Shown here piece by piece: positions 1 through 11,208 of a DNA stretch of 64,000 nucleotides. Numbering within the stretch: position 1 is the first letter of the stretch; every line of letters starts with the position of its first letter. Below the pieces are notes generated by a model, which searched no databases, had not been told where the DNA came from, and saw nothing but the letters and a program-made list of their open reading frames with translations. This DNA is from Klebsormidium nitens (taxonomy: Eukaryota > Plantae > Klebsormidiophyceae): NCBI GenBank assembly GCA_000708835.1, contig DF237169.1, positions 1 through 64,000 on the forward strand, written 5' to 3'. The position numbers were made by a program, and so were the translations under genes.

Positions 1-257
1 AGCTCTTGTTGATCAGCAGCTCTGGCAGTGGCACTGGCAGTTCGGTGTCAGTGAACAGCAGTGTGTTTGCTGCAGCATTTGAAGTCCTCTTTCAGTGGAG
101 TCGGGAGGGCCAGGTGGGGACCTGTTGCAAACAAGCGCCCAATCGATAAGTTTTTTCGAGGCATCTTCTGATATCTCAGCTTGCTTGCCAGGGTCCCTGA
201 TTGTATACTTTGCGCATTCTTAAAGATTAGGAGCGTTGTTACATCAGCTCCAAGCAG

Positions 258-2865
258 ATGGCCGGAAGCAGTGCAGCTTTGGGCACCAGTTCGACTTGCC
301 TTATGTCGTTTCAGCACAACACTTTATCGAGTCCAAGTAAAAGCACAAGTACCGCACCAGTCTTTGCATGCGGCCATTGCTGGCGTACATCAAGCAGCTT
401 TACAGGACAGAGAGGGGCATTACGGTGCTTACAAACACTTAGAAACACAGCAATTCAGCAGTGGCGAAGCAGCCACAGAGACTCGTTAAGTCGCCACCAT
501 CGACCCCCAATTCTTGAACATAAGCTGTCCTGCAGCTGCAGTCAAGCAGGTGAAGATAGGCCATCAGAATCAAAGCATGATGATGGCGAACACTTTGAAA
601 GCGCAGGCGCCAAATCGCTCATTGAGGAGACCTCCACAGCAGAGGTTATAGGAGTCGTGATTGTGGATCATGGCTCGAGGAGAGCCGAGTCCAACAATCT
701 GCTCGGTAAGTCCTGCCCCAGGCTAGTCCACCATTGCACCAGAGAGGGAGCTATAGTGAGGCACAAAATTCAAAGAGTACTCTCTAAAAATCTCTATTGG
801 TAGTGTTGTGAAAAGCAGACACCTCAAATCTGGCTGCCACTAATGTGACATCACCCTGTTCACCTGTAGAAGCAAGGCCGCTAGGTGGCAATACGTCTGC
901 AGGTTTCCTCCTTTATGCTTGAGAAAGGGGTTAGCTTATGGGGGGCCTGTCAAGCATGTCCTCTTTGCAGGACCCTGTGGGGCAGGGTACTTAAAAATTG
1001 TGGAGGTCAGGTTTATGAATGTGAGAAGGATCAAGGTCAACCTCTGCTGTTCTCCGCAGTCCTCATTCCGAGACAAGGAGGGGGGAGTCTTGCTCTCAAT
1101 CATATCTCGTAGAAAGGATCTGAAGGCTCTTAGACAGAAATTAGTCGGTGCCCTCAAACTTCTTAGACAAAAGCTTTCCACGGGCCTCAACGTTTTTACT
1201 CAAAGGTCTTGGAAGATATAATCTCCTTGAAAAGTACGCGCCTCAATCTGACGTGGGGATGCCCTCGGTCCTGGCTCTGCAGATGCCTTTGTCAGCCTCT
1301 ACAAGGCCCACACAGGTCGGTCTCTCGTTGAACCGGCACATATGGTAAGGGGCCATTGCCCTTGTTGACATTCTGATGTTTCAATATACTGTCCTCCTAT
1401 TTTGTTGAGAGCCTCATGGCCCCTGCCTGTCATATCGGAAGTCGCCCTCATCGTGACAGAGTTGGGTTGTTGCTTTCGAAGTGTCCGACTTGCTTTGGAA
1501 AGGGAATTGCAGACTATCGACCCTCATTTCTTGAATCTCGTTCAAGAGCATCAAGGGGAAAGATGTAGAAGATTCATCACAGCCGTGCTGCCACAGCACT
1601 TGAGACACCGTTCACAGCGGTCAGTTTCACCATCAAAAGGACAGTCAAAATTACACGCTTGGCGCAGGCTCACTTCTCCACTCGTAGCAGACAGTCTCTG
1701 CAACTGCTTCTGAAGCACCGCCCACTGACCGATTGCAGGAAATTGCACAGCCGTCAATAGCGGACGCGTTTGACAAAGTGGTGGAGCGAGGAGCGAATGT
1801 CGTTGTTGTCAGCCCGTACTTCCTCTCCCCCGGGCGACACTGGTTTCAGGTCAGGCTGGCTTGACGTTCCTGGCTTATTATCCATTGTGCTTTGGCAGGT
1901 GGCTTCGAACGACTCGGACCCTCTCAGGTGGCTTGAATGATTTGAATCTTTTTGCCGGCTCTAGTTTTGCACGAGAATCCTGAGATTGATTCAAGACGTG
2001 TCGCGAAGTGCGGGGGGACTCTTGCCTAAACAACGGTTGACTTTCATGAAGGCCTCTGAAGCTGCTGGGTTGGTGCGATGAAAACTGGCTGTTCTCGAAC
2101 CCGCGTATCTCTTCATACACCTAGAGTCGTTTTCAGTCATGTCTGCTGTTGACAGGTGGCCTTGGCAAAGCTCGCGCGGACTCCAGCTTTGAAACCAGAA
2201 TTCCGTCTGCTCATGTACCATACTTGCTTCAGTCTGTCACCGCTCCTATCTTGCCGCTTGAAACCCCAGATATCTGTCTCAGGCAGATCAAAACACCTGC
2301 CAGTTGCTAAAACAAACGCTGCTCACCTGATTTCACCGCAGGATATTCCAGAATTGGCAGCGGAAGCAAGTGAGAAGCATCCCGGAATCAAATACCTGGT
2401 TACCGCGCCAATCGGCTTGCATCCACTGATGGCGGTATGCTCCCTAACTCCCACTTTCCGTATGCTCCAAGCGCATCACAAGTGTGGGAAAACGAACAGT
2501 TGTGCATATGCTAAGTGTTGGTTCTGCAATGTCGTCCAAGACGGGAATGCTGATGAGTTAAATGTCAACTTTGCAGTCCATTTTCCTTGACAGAATGTCC
2601 TGTTGACTGGAATCTCAAATACATTGCCTCAGATCCTTGAGACTTCTTAAGTGCTGCCCTCATCGCCATGCTGTGCATCCTTCGTTAGAGCTGGTCGTAC
2701 AATCTGCAAGACCAGTCGCCGTTCTGAGCCCACCACTTCCAATCTGGTGTCCTGCAGGACATCATCGAGGACCGCATTCAGCACTGCCTGCAACGCTCAG
2801 CTGGGAAAGCAGACGAATGTGATGTCTGTATAGGAACTGGTCGCTGTAAAATAGTCACTTCATAA
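258..2865 (+). CDS. SIRB: Sirohydrochlorin ferrochelatase (CbiX/SirB family), plastid-targeted, 5 coding exons
   Basis: Spliced exons approx. 258-706, 1282-1344, 1739-1849, 2341-2434, 2758-2865, with GT/AG borders. They give a Ser/Thr-rich transit-like N-terminus, then GVVIVDHGSRRAESNNLL / DAFVSLYKAHTGRSLVEPAHM / EIAQPSIADAFDKVVERGANVVVVSPYFLSPGRHWFQ / DIPELAAEASEKHPGIKYLVTAPIGLHPLMA / DIIEDRIQHCLQRSAGKADECDVCIGTGRCK. These are the CbiX His motifs plus the plant SirB C-terminal Fe-S Cys motif. Confidence 0.93.
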
Positions 2866-4163
2866 TGTAAAGTTTGTATGTAAACAGCCACCCCCCCGAG
2901 CTCGATCTGGCTCGTTGCTCCTCCACCAATCACTTTTTCATTTGACGGCGGGTCCGGGTCGACGCACCACGTTGATTTGCAGTGTCCTTGCATCACAAAT
3001 ATCTGAAATTTTGGAAGACCAAAAAGTTCATATGGCAGACATGATCTCGGACAATCTGCTCTCGAATCGACGAGCCGGTCCGTTCAATTGCATGGGTTAG
3101 TACATGGCATTGGAACGATCCTATCCTGCATGTAAGAAGCGTAAACAACCATTCTCACTTAAACTTAATTGATCCGAGTCCGACGAGCTTCAAAAGTAGG
3201 TCCGGCCCAGAATCATCCGCTCACAGATTCTTGCATGTGCGCCTGCCTGTATACGTACTGGCGCGCTAAGCCGGGCTTCATACAGCATTTACAATTAAAG
3301 GGCCGGCAGGCTACATACTCTGGACTCTGGCATGCATGATTATCTTGCCGCGCTGCGCATGGCCGGTCGCATCATGCAATATGATATTGCACCATCCAAC
3401 ATTCAATTTCCAGAAACTCTGATGCAAACATATGTCTCGAAGCCAGCCTCGCCGTGCACGACAATCTGCTTTGCAAATCAGTCATCTTGGCGAGCCCTGC
3501 TACATGCGGTCAATTCAGTTCTGAGACGATCGACGCTGTGCTGTCATGTGGCGTCGAGCTTATCTTTCAAGTTTGAGAATAAAGCTGTAACACAAGCGCT
3601 TCGTGACATCATTTTGAAATACAGTGTCGCGCCATGGCTGCATGGCATTCCAATGATGCGAGCCTCCGGCATGTAGGTTCTGATGGACGATATCAGAAAC
3701 CTGCCAGAAGTCTTTATATCTGCCGTGATACAAGCAAAGTGTTGCAACAAGTACCGTAGTACAGTGAAACAGTCATTTGTTGATTTAAAGTCAGCCGCAG
3801 CCCGTTCGGTGCGTCCTGTGATGTTGTCGTCTCATAACTAAGCGCTTTGGGCAACGTTTCTGCAGCTCTGAAATCAAAATACTTTCGCAAAAATAATTTG
3901 ATCAAGATACGACGTAGGATACTTTCAATCGGCGCGTTTTACATGCTCAAGCACAGGAGTCCTCTGGGGATTTGCTATCCTTATGCAACGAGGCCGGGAT
4001 GAGAATCTGCCAAGGCGTCCAAGACAAAGCGTCAGAATATCCACTCAAATTGCTTGTACAAAAACATTCAGGGGCTTGAATCAACAAAATCTCCCAAGGT
4101 ATGCTGAATCTACGCAATCTTGTGTTGAGCGTCAAATCTTCTAGCAAACAAGCTAATTCGAGA

Positions 4164-4979
4164 CTACTCGTACTCGTACTCGTCCTCGTCTTCCTCTTCC
4201 TCTTCGTCCGAAAAGTCATGGTATGGGCGTTCCAACAGCCCAAAAAGGTGGCCAGAGCTGCAAATCCAGAAGTCCGCCGACACGTCCAGGGGCACATTTA
4301 CCCCTTCTTTTGGAAACCGTCGCAGTGGGGAAGGACAGAAAGGGCAGGTGCTGAAGCCTTCGTGAGTAGGTATCTGTTCTGCTGTCTCCGCAAATTCAAG
4401 ACCAGATAGCTCGGTCAACTCCTCCACTGATCCAACCAGCCCTCGAAATACAATCCTGTCGACTCCCCATCGCCTCGTGTAGCACTCGTCATGCTTGCAG
4501 TACAACATGAGGAACTTCTTGCTCTTCTTTGCGGCTGGGAGGATCTCTCGCCTGTATACGTTCGAGGCAGGTCTCAAAGGTCCCTCAGGGCTTAGATGCT
4601 GTTGGATGGGTTTCAGCTCGCATAGCTTCATGTTCTCCGTTTCCTGGCAGTACCCCGGACACCACGTCAGCAGCTTCGCAAAGCTAGCCCAGCCAGCACT
4701 CCCCAGGCTCTTCGCCCCTTCAGAAGCTGCCACCTTCTCAGAGAGCTTTGGAGCAAATGTCCTGCATGCGGACTCCCATGCAGCGCCCTCCTTCACAATC
4801 CGCGCATAGCGACGCGAAACGCATGCAAACTTCGCAAGCCTCTGGAAGCCATTGAAAGGACGATATCTCTTCGGAGCGGGTCCAATCAGCTTCTCCAATA
4901 TCAGAGAGGTCAGGTTGTCATCCAGATCTTCGAAGCAGCGCTTCTCCATTTTGGATTGACCTCCAGTGAAACTCTTCAT
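4164..4979 (-). CDS. EID1-like (EDL-type) F-box protein, intronless, 271 aa
   Basis: N-terminal F-box-like segment (LDDNLTSLILEKL...LAKFACVSRRY...WESAC), GWASFAKLLTWCPG, LMLYCKH, FRGLV, CPFC and a C-terminal WICSSGHLFG motif are characteristic of plant EID1-like F-box proteins. Acidic tail encoded by trinucleotide repeats. Confidence 0.8.
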   Translation of the reverse strand: MKSFTGGQSKMEKRCFEDLDDNLTSLILEKLIGPAPKRYRPFNGFQRLAKFACVSRRYARIVKEGAAWESACRTFAPKLSEKVAASEGAKSLGSAGWASFAKLLTWCPGYCQETENMKLCELKPIQQHLSPEGPLRPASNVYRREILPAAKKSKKFLMLYCKHDECYTRRWGVDRIVFRGLVGSVEELTELSGLEFAETAEQIPTHEGFSTCPFCPSPLRRFPKEGVNVPLDVSADFWICSSGHLFGLLERPYHDFSDEEEEEDEDEYEYE

Positions 4980-7655
4980 CAGATCAAAGGCCGGTAAGTG
5001 TTACCTAATCAGGATTCTGACTTCTGCTGCGCTGCTTATAATGATATCTTCCTTTGATGGTAAGGTCCTTTTAGCGCACATGCTCTATTTGAAATGCCTT
5101 TGAAAACGTCAATGTCCTCATTTCTACTAGACATATGTTGTTTTCGACGGAGTGTTCGATAGCTCCCAAAAAGGGGAGGAGTATGGTATATCGTCGATTC
5201 CGCAAGCTTTGCACCTAAAGATTCACAGACTGGCCGTGGAACATCTTGGGTGCGAGTTGAAGGTGCCCGAGACAGTAAGCGTAGGCCTCACTCTGAGTCA
5301 GCAGAGGCATCACCTAGCCTCCGCCGACCTGTTGATCAGATCGAAGCAAAACAAGGAACTGCTGGAATCTGGAGACGGTTCAACGTGACATTGGACCTGC
5401 CGCACTTCGATTTGGGGAGCTTCCTCAATCCGCTGACGTCATGTGGTCAAAGCGACGCAACCTCGGATCATTCGGTTGTAGTCATTGAGCTGATTTTGTG
5501 CATGGATCGAGGCAAAATTCTTGGCGCTCTAATGCTAAGCTGGGTGCGGTCTGACACTGCAGCGGCAAACCTACAAGTGCCAATCGATGCGGCGGGTTGA
5601 AGCAAGTGAGGCGGAATCATAATGGCCCTGCTAAAGCTGATGTCTGCATGCTCCAAGTCATTCAGGACAGGGAGCCCTTTGCGGACCTAAGAGCAGTGTA
5701 GCAGCGCGGCCGCTGCTGCTCGACCATATTGATTCGCATGTGAATGCGCGCTCTCGAGAAAGGAGCTAGGAGCTGTTCCCAGATCTGCATGCGGCAGAAT
5801 CCACTTTCGAGTTTTTCGAGATTGCCAACGTCTTTGGAACTATCCTGCTGAAACGGGGCTTTTTAGCAGTGTACACGCCGGGAAGTCACGTCAACGAGCT
5901 CCACTTGCTTTTCTCCGACTTCGCAAGGCGCTAGGAAAGCCTGCTGGTTTGCCGCCTTTGGACAAGAGACCGTGCAGGAGCGTATAGATCAGCAACTGCC
6001 TATCTTCTCATTCTACAAGTCCGGGATCAGATCAGGACCAAAACAGAGATTTCTGGCTTGGTGCCGCCGCTTACATGGAGGGGTACACACGTTTGTCTTC
6101 GCTGGCGGTAATCTGCTTGTGGAGCCAGCTGAAGGGCAGCTTGAAGCAGCCGTCCCCATTGCCATCACGAAGGTGGGCCAAGCTTCTCTGATTTTATGAT
6201 CCTTTCAACGGCACTCATCATTCAGGAAGCGCGCAACATTTGTTTGAAAGGACGAGCTGAGGACCTATACATGCATGTGCTGTCATAAATGAATCAGATG
6301 GAGACCTCTAAATAGTTTGCTCTGCTCGGAATTTTAATCTGCAGCCATTTTAACAACTTCACAAAGAAAGTCACGCGGGTCCGAACCGTCTGTGAAGGAA
6401 CACCTGATGAGAGAGGAGTCATACTGGAGCGTAAGAGGCCATGAGAAAGTCTAGAGCTGCAAAGTGACCGATGTGCATCACATGATTGATGCTCTCCTTG
6501 AGGAATGCAAGTTTGGGAATTTTTCGAAGATAATAGATTCCGTGGCCATGCCCATTCAGCAGCCTGTTTGTCTTTGGATCACTTGGCGGCCTTCGGCATT
6601 TCTCCTCTTGTTGAAGGATCAAGCAAAGCCTGACATATCGAAGTTGAGGTCCGAACCAAGCCGACATTCAATAAGACAGTCTATCTCGTTTGCTGCAAGC
6701 TCATCCGTACTCTTCAAATAAAAACCTCCGTAAAACGCTCAGTCGAATTGCACTAGGTGGATCAGCCGTATGATTTGCAGGTAATATCCGTGGATGACTG
6801 AATCGTGGACGTTTGACTTCTTGTAATTCGTGCTGAGGATGCTGACTCTCTCCTTGCTGTATGATCTTCTTGTTGTGTAATCTTTTCTTCTGGTTTAAGA
6901 AACCCAGGGTCTTCTCTATAAGACCAGAAGCTCAAGAACGGATTCGCTTGTTCCACTGTGACAGATTCCAACGCCGCGAAGTGTAAAATCAGAAGCTCTG
7001 CAAACGTCGTATTTCATTTTTGCAGTGGCCCAGCAGCAGCATAAAGTATCTGCTCGTAGCTTCTACAATCGAACAGGTAAACCCGTACGCTCGTTGGCTT
7101 TTGTCCCTTTTAACCAAGATGCTTTCACACTTTGGGCGCAATGGACCGAAACATGTTACATGAATTGATCCCCGCTTCAGCAGAACAGTCTTGTCGTAGT
7201 CTCTCACATAATTTCTATAAAGCGTGAGGGTGTTAAGCTTAGAGAACCAACGTCGATATTCACTGAATATCTAGCGGGGACGTTGAGGCCGTCTGTTCGT
7301 TCGCCGAAAACTTTGCGTGACTGAACAGCATTGGCTTCTACCTCGAAGGACTTCGACCTTGAATCAATCTTAGTAGAGTTGTGAGAGGACAAGTCAAAGA
7401 AAGCCATCAGGATTCAAGGACGCATTGCAATTGTGTTCCTTTCCCGTTTCCTCGCGTCGTTTTGATACATCTAGTCGCTTCGCTCACGTGTAGGGAGCGG
7501 TCAGCGAAAGGCCTTCGTCTTTTTATCGTTTCTTTGGACTCGATTTCACAGGGGACTTTCTGAAAGGTACTCATCCTTGGGTCCTGAGCTCTTTTCGTCG
7601 CCTCGATGCTTCTCTTACCGTCCGAGAATCTGGTATAAGACGACAGAGGAAATGG

Positions 7656-7703
7656 TCGGTCGAAGGACAATATGCGCAGTCGGTCGAAGGACAATATGCG
7701 CAG
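7656..7703. repeat. 24-bp direct tandem duplication (tcggtcgaaggacaatatgcgcag x2)
   Basis: Two exact adjacent copies visible in the sequence; on the minus strand it encodes CAYCPSTD twice. Confidence 0.9.
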
Positions 7704-7989
7704 GGAGGAAGCTCCTGAACATTGACTATATCTGAGATCAAAACGTCCAAAGCCGTCTCGCCTTTGAGGATGGGCAGGTCAACAGGAACGTCGAATTGTC
7801 TCCCCATTGCCTCTCTGAATGGATCGGTCAGAAGTTACCTTTCTTTCTTCGTTCGCGCAGAGTCGGGTCACCGTAAGTGCGGTGGTACGAGTGTGAGGCA
7901 TGGATCACCCGGTCGTGAGGGAGAACAAGGAAGCATTGAGAAGGGCGGAGGAACGTCTGGTAGAGCGCAGGACTACGAGAAGGAGATGA

Positions 7990-8595
7990 TTGCGGCGGCG
8001 GTCGTTCCTGCCTGGCTTGCGGCCGCTTACTTCGGCTCTTTTGGCTCATGACATTTACACCGCTTGGACCGGCAGCCAGCCATGCGACCGAATTGCAACA
8101 TACCCTGAGATGTGGATCATGAAGGGAGTGCTGATGTTCCTGGTCTTTGGAAGCGTGCAGATGCTTCAAGCGTGCCACCTCAATAGTCGAATCTACTGGC
8201 TTGAGCGGCGGGCCGAGGCTGAGGATGAGTTCAGGGCCCTGCAAAGTTACTGCACGTTTTACCTAGCGTACCTGACCGAGGCTGAGCTCGATAAGGTCGA
8301 GTACAGACTGTGTGTGTTCGATCCTCTGATTGTCGAGAAGAGGATTGAATTGCCGGCTTCAACGACAGGCATGGATCAGGCAAACCCGAGCATAAGCTGG
8401 GAGGCGATGCACCGGCTGGATATCGAAGATAATCTTGTACCGTTTCCAGTTTATGCCGGGGAACGTCTGCAGAAGGAGGCTGCAAAAAAGGAAAAGCTAG
8501 AGTTGCGGTTCAAGTATAGAGTCAGGTTTGTGATCTACCTTCTTGTGACAATAGCGCTAGCAATGAATCTACAAGTGGTTTTCTGCTATCTTTGA
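7990..8595 (+). CDS. Hypothetical membrane protein (~200 aa; 5' end uncertain)
   Basis: Stop-free 600-bp frame with protein-like composition and hydrophobic segments (MWIMKGVLMFLVFGSVQML; VRFVIYLLVTIALAMNLQVVFCYL). It lacks an ATG at the called start, and the nearest ATG (~7986) is in another frame. Confidence 0.5.
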   Translation: MRRRSFLPGLRPLTSALLAHDIYTAWTGSQPCDRIATYPEMWIMKGVLMFLVFGSVQMLQACHLNSRIYWLERRAEAEDEFRALQSYCTFYLAYLTEAELDKVEYRLCVFDPLIVEKRIELPASTTGMDQANPSISWEAMHRLDIEDNLVPFPVYAGERLQKEAAKKEKLELRFKYRVRFVIYLLVTIALAMNLQVVFCYL

Positions 8596-9435
8596 AGCAA
8601 TCGACAGCAGTTGCCCTTACTTCACCAACATACTCTAGCTCTTTGTAGTACAACCATAGCGCCAGGCTGTACGTGTACTTTCACAGCCCCAGGCCGCTTA
8701 CGAAGGAGGTCGCGCAGGTACGTTCATAGCCTACCAGCCGTGCAGTCAAAGTATGACAGGCTCTAAGCAGATTGCATCGAAGAATAACCGATGAATCAAA
8801 ATCTTCTCCGTGTTGCTTCATTGCGTAAGCTTTGGCAAGGATCACCGAAATTTCGCTGATTACTTGGTCATATCATAATCCAAGGCGAGTGAGTGAGAAG
8901 GGTTCTCCTTTATCAATCTTGATTGACGGGCATGTTAGTGAAACGGATTGTGTATCATCGACGATTCTTCAACCTTCTGCCATCTTGGCCGGAGATAGGC
9001 CACACAATGGCCGCTTTCATTCCCGTCCAGCAAGCTATGTCAATGGTTCATTTGATTTCCGAAAGTTTAAGTACATACGTTTTTGATGCTCGATCGAGCT
9101 ACTCAATGAAGCTCGTGAGAATGTTGATGTAGAGCTGAAGGATGGGCATCTGATATCATGTCGCCGGACCGGCGCCGATGCAGGCTTGCTGCAGTTGCGC
9201 GTCACGTGATACGCCTGATCCAATTTTCACGAACTCAATGTACAATATCATGTCATCATGAGACAGCAATTCATGAGACGTACTAGCAACAGAAGGACGT
9301 ATCTATCGTACTTTTGGGGCCGCCCAGGGGGCGCTGCCGGATCCTGCTGGACTACTTCGATACCTTGCGCCGGGCGCTCGTCGGGGCCCTGACGCGAGAA
9401 CAGGGGGTTTCCGAAACATCTGAGCTTGGTGAGCT

Positions 9436-10185
9436 NNNNNNNNNNNNNNNNNNNNNNNNNNNNNNNNNNNNNNNNNNNNNNNNNNNNNNNNNNNNNNNNN
9501 NNNNNNNNNNNNNNNNNNNNNNNNNNNNNNNNNNNNNNNNNNNNNNNNNNNNNNNNNNNNNNNNNNNNNNNNNNNNNNNNNNNNNNNNNNNNNNNNNNNN
9601 NNNNNNNNNNNNNNNNNNNNNNNNNNNNNNNNNNNNNNNNNNNNNNNNNNNNNNNNNNNNNNNNNNNNNNNNNNNNNNNNNNNNNNNNNNNNNNNNNNNN
9701 NNNNNNNNNNNNNNNNNNNNNNNNNNNNNNNNNNNNNNNNNNNNNNNNNNNNNNNNNNNNNNNNNNNNNNNNNNNNNNNNNNNNNNNNNNNNNNNNNNNN
9801 NNNNNNNNNNNNNNNNNNNNNNNNNNNNNNNNNNNNNNNNNNNNNNNNNNNNNNNNNNNNNNNNNNNNNNNNNNNNNNNNNNNNNNNNNNNNNNNNNNNN
9901 NNNNNNNNNNNNNNNNNNNNNNNNNNNNNNNNNNNNNNNNNNNNNNNNNNNNNNNNNNNNNNNNNNNNNNNNNNNNNNNNNNNNNNNNNNNNNNNNNNNN
10001 NNNNNNNNNNNNNNNNNNNNNNNNNNNNNNNNNNNNNNNNNNNNNNNNNNNNNNNNNNNNNNNNNNNNNNNNNNNNNNNNNNNNNNNNNNNNNNNNNNNN
10101 NNNNNNNNNNNNNNNNNNNNNNNNNNNNNNNNNNNNNNNNNNNNNNNNNNNNNNNNNNNNNNNNNNNNNNNNNNNNNNNNNNNNN
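9436..10185. other. Assembly gap (750 N)
   Basis: Run of N; ORFs called across it are artefacts. Confidence 0.99.
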
Positions 10186-11208
10186 GTAGTAGCCAGTGAC
10201 TCCGACTCCGAAAATTCCGGCGCGCCGAACTCCGAAGTTAGTTAAATATACTTGCGAAGTCTGCAAATCTGAAGGCTGAAATCCGCCGACGGCCGGCCAC
10301 GCAGCACATTCCACGGTTCCGATAATCCGACGTGGAACTTTGACGGCGTCGGAACTAGGCCCACTTTGGAAAATTAGTTCAAGTCTGGCACGGTTCGTGG
10401 AGCCGCCGGGCGGCCTCCGAAGTGTTTGCGCGACCGGGGAGGGCGGGTGTGGAGAAAAGCGTACAGAACTTGATCTCAGGTTCCGGATCTCAGGACATTC
10501 CGGATCTGAGGAAACAACCGCCGGGGGTTCTGTTCTTCCCTATTGTGTGACCCCTCTTACAATGTCTGCGAATTTCACGCGGCCACCCGGTGAAAGTCAG
10601 ATACGATCAGCGCCGTCCGTGCAATCTCGATGCAAACATAAGGGCCTAGATTCTTTGTCCGCGACCGGCGGACTCCGGAGTCGTAACCCGTTCCCGAGAT
10701 CGGGAAAGGTTCCTGAGATCAGGGATTTTGTACGCTATTCTCCATCCCGGGTGACCACGCGCGGATTCTGCCTTCTGGTACGCCACGCCTTCTGTCCAGG
10801 ACCGGAACTCCAGCGGAACGGGATGCTGCAGCTAGCAGCCTCATGCACCTTCTTCAACTTCAAGTTCTGGTGCCAGAACTTGAAGTTTTGGCATAAGTTC
10901 TGCACCCTGTTCCAGGATTCTGAGGAACAGTGCGCTTGTGTGACTCTGACAGAGTTGAGGATTCAGCCTTGAGGCGCTAGTGAAGTGGATTTGCTGCTAC
11001 ACTGATCTACGTACAGGCATTGGCGTTTATAACGAGCAGCAATACCGTAGGGAGCATGCGGGGCCACCTTACTGCTCCACACTCAACCAGCGCTCAGTCT
11101 TCCCCTTCCAGTCGTCCACCTTTGAACTTCCAATGAGATTTTGTATGCCCCTTAAATTGGTCTCTTCATGAACTTTTTGACGCCCCCCAGATTTGACAAG
11201 CAGACTGA

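Noticed and set aside
9314-10314. Three long ORFs (257-320 aa) in the ORF track
   Set aside because: They consist almost entirely of X from the N gap.
10340-10972. 210-aa ORF after the gap
   Set aside because: No ATG start, no recognisable motif and no splice context; probably a chance ORF in GC-rich DNA.
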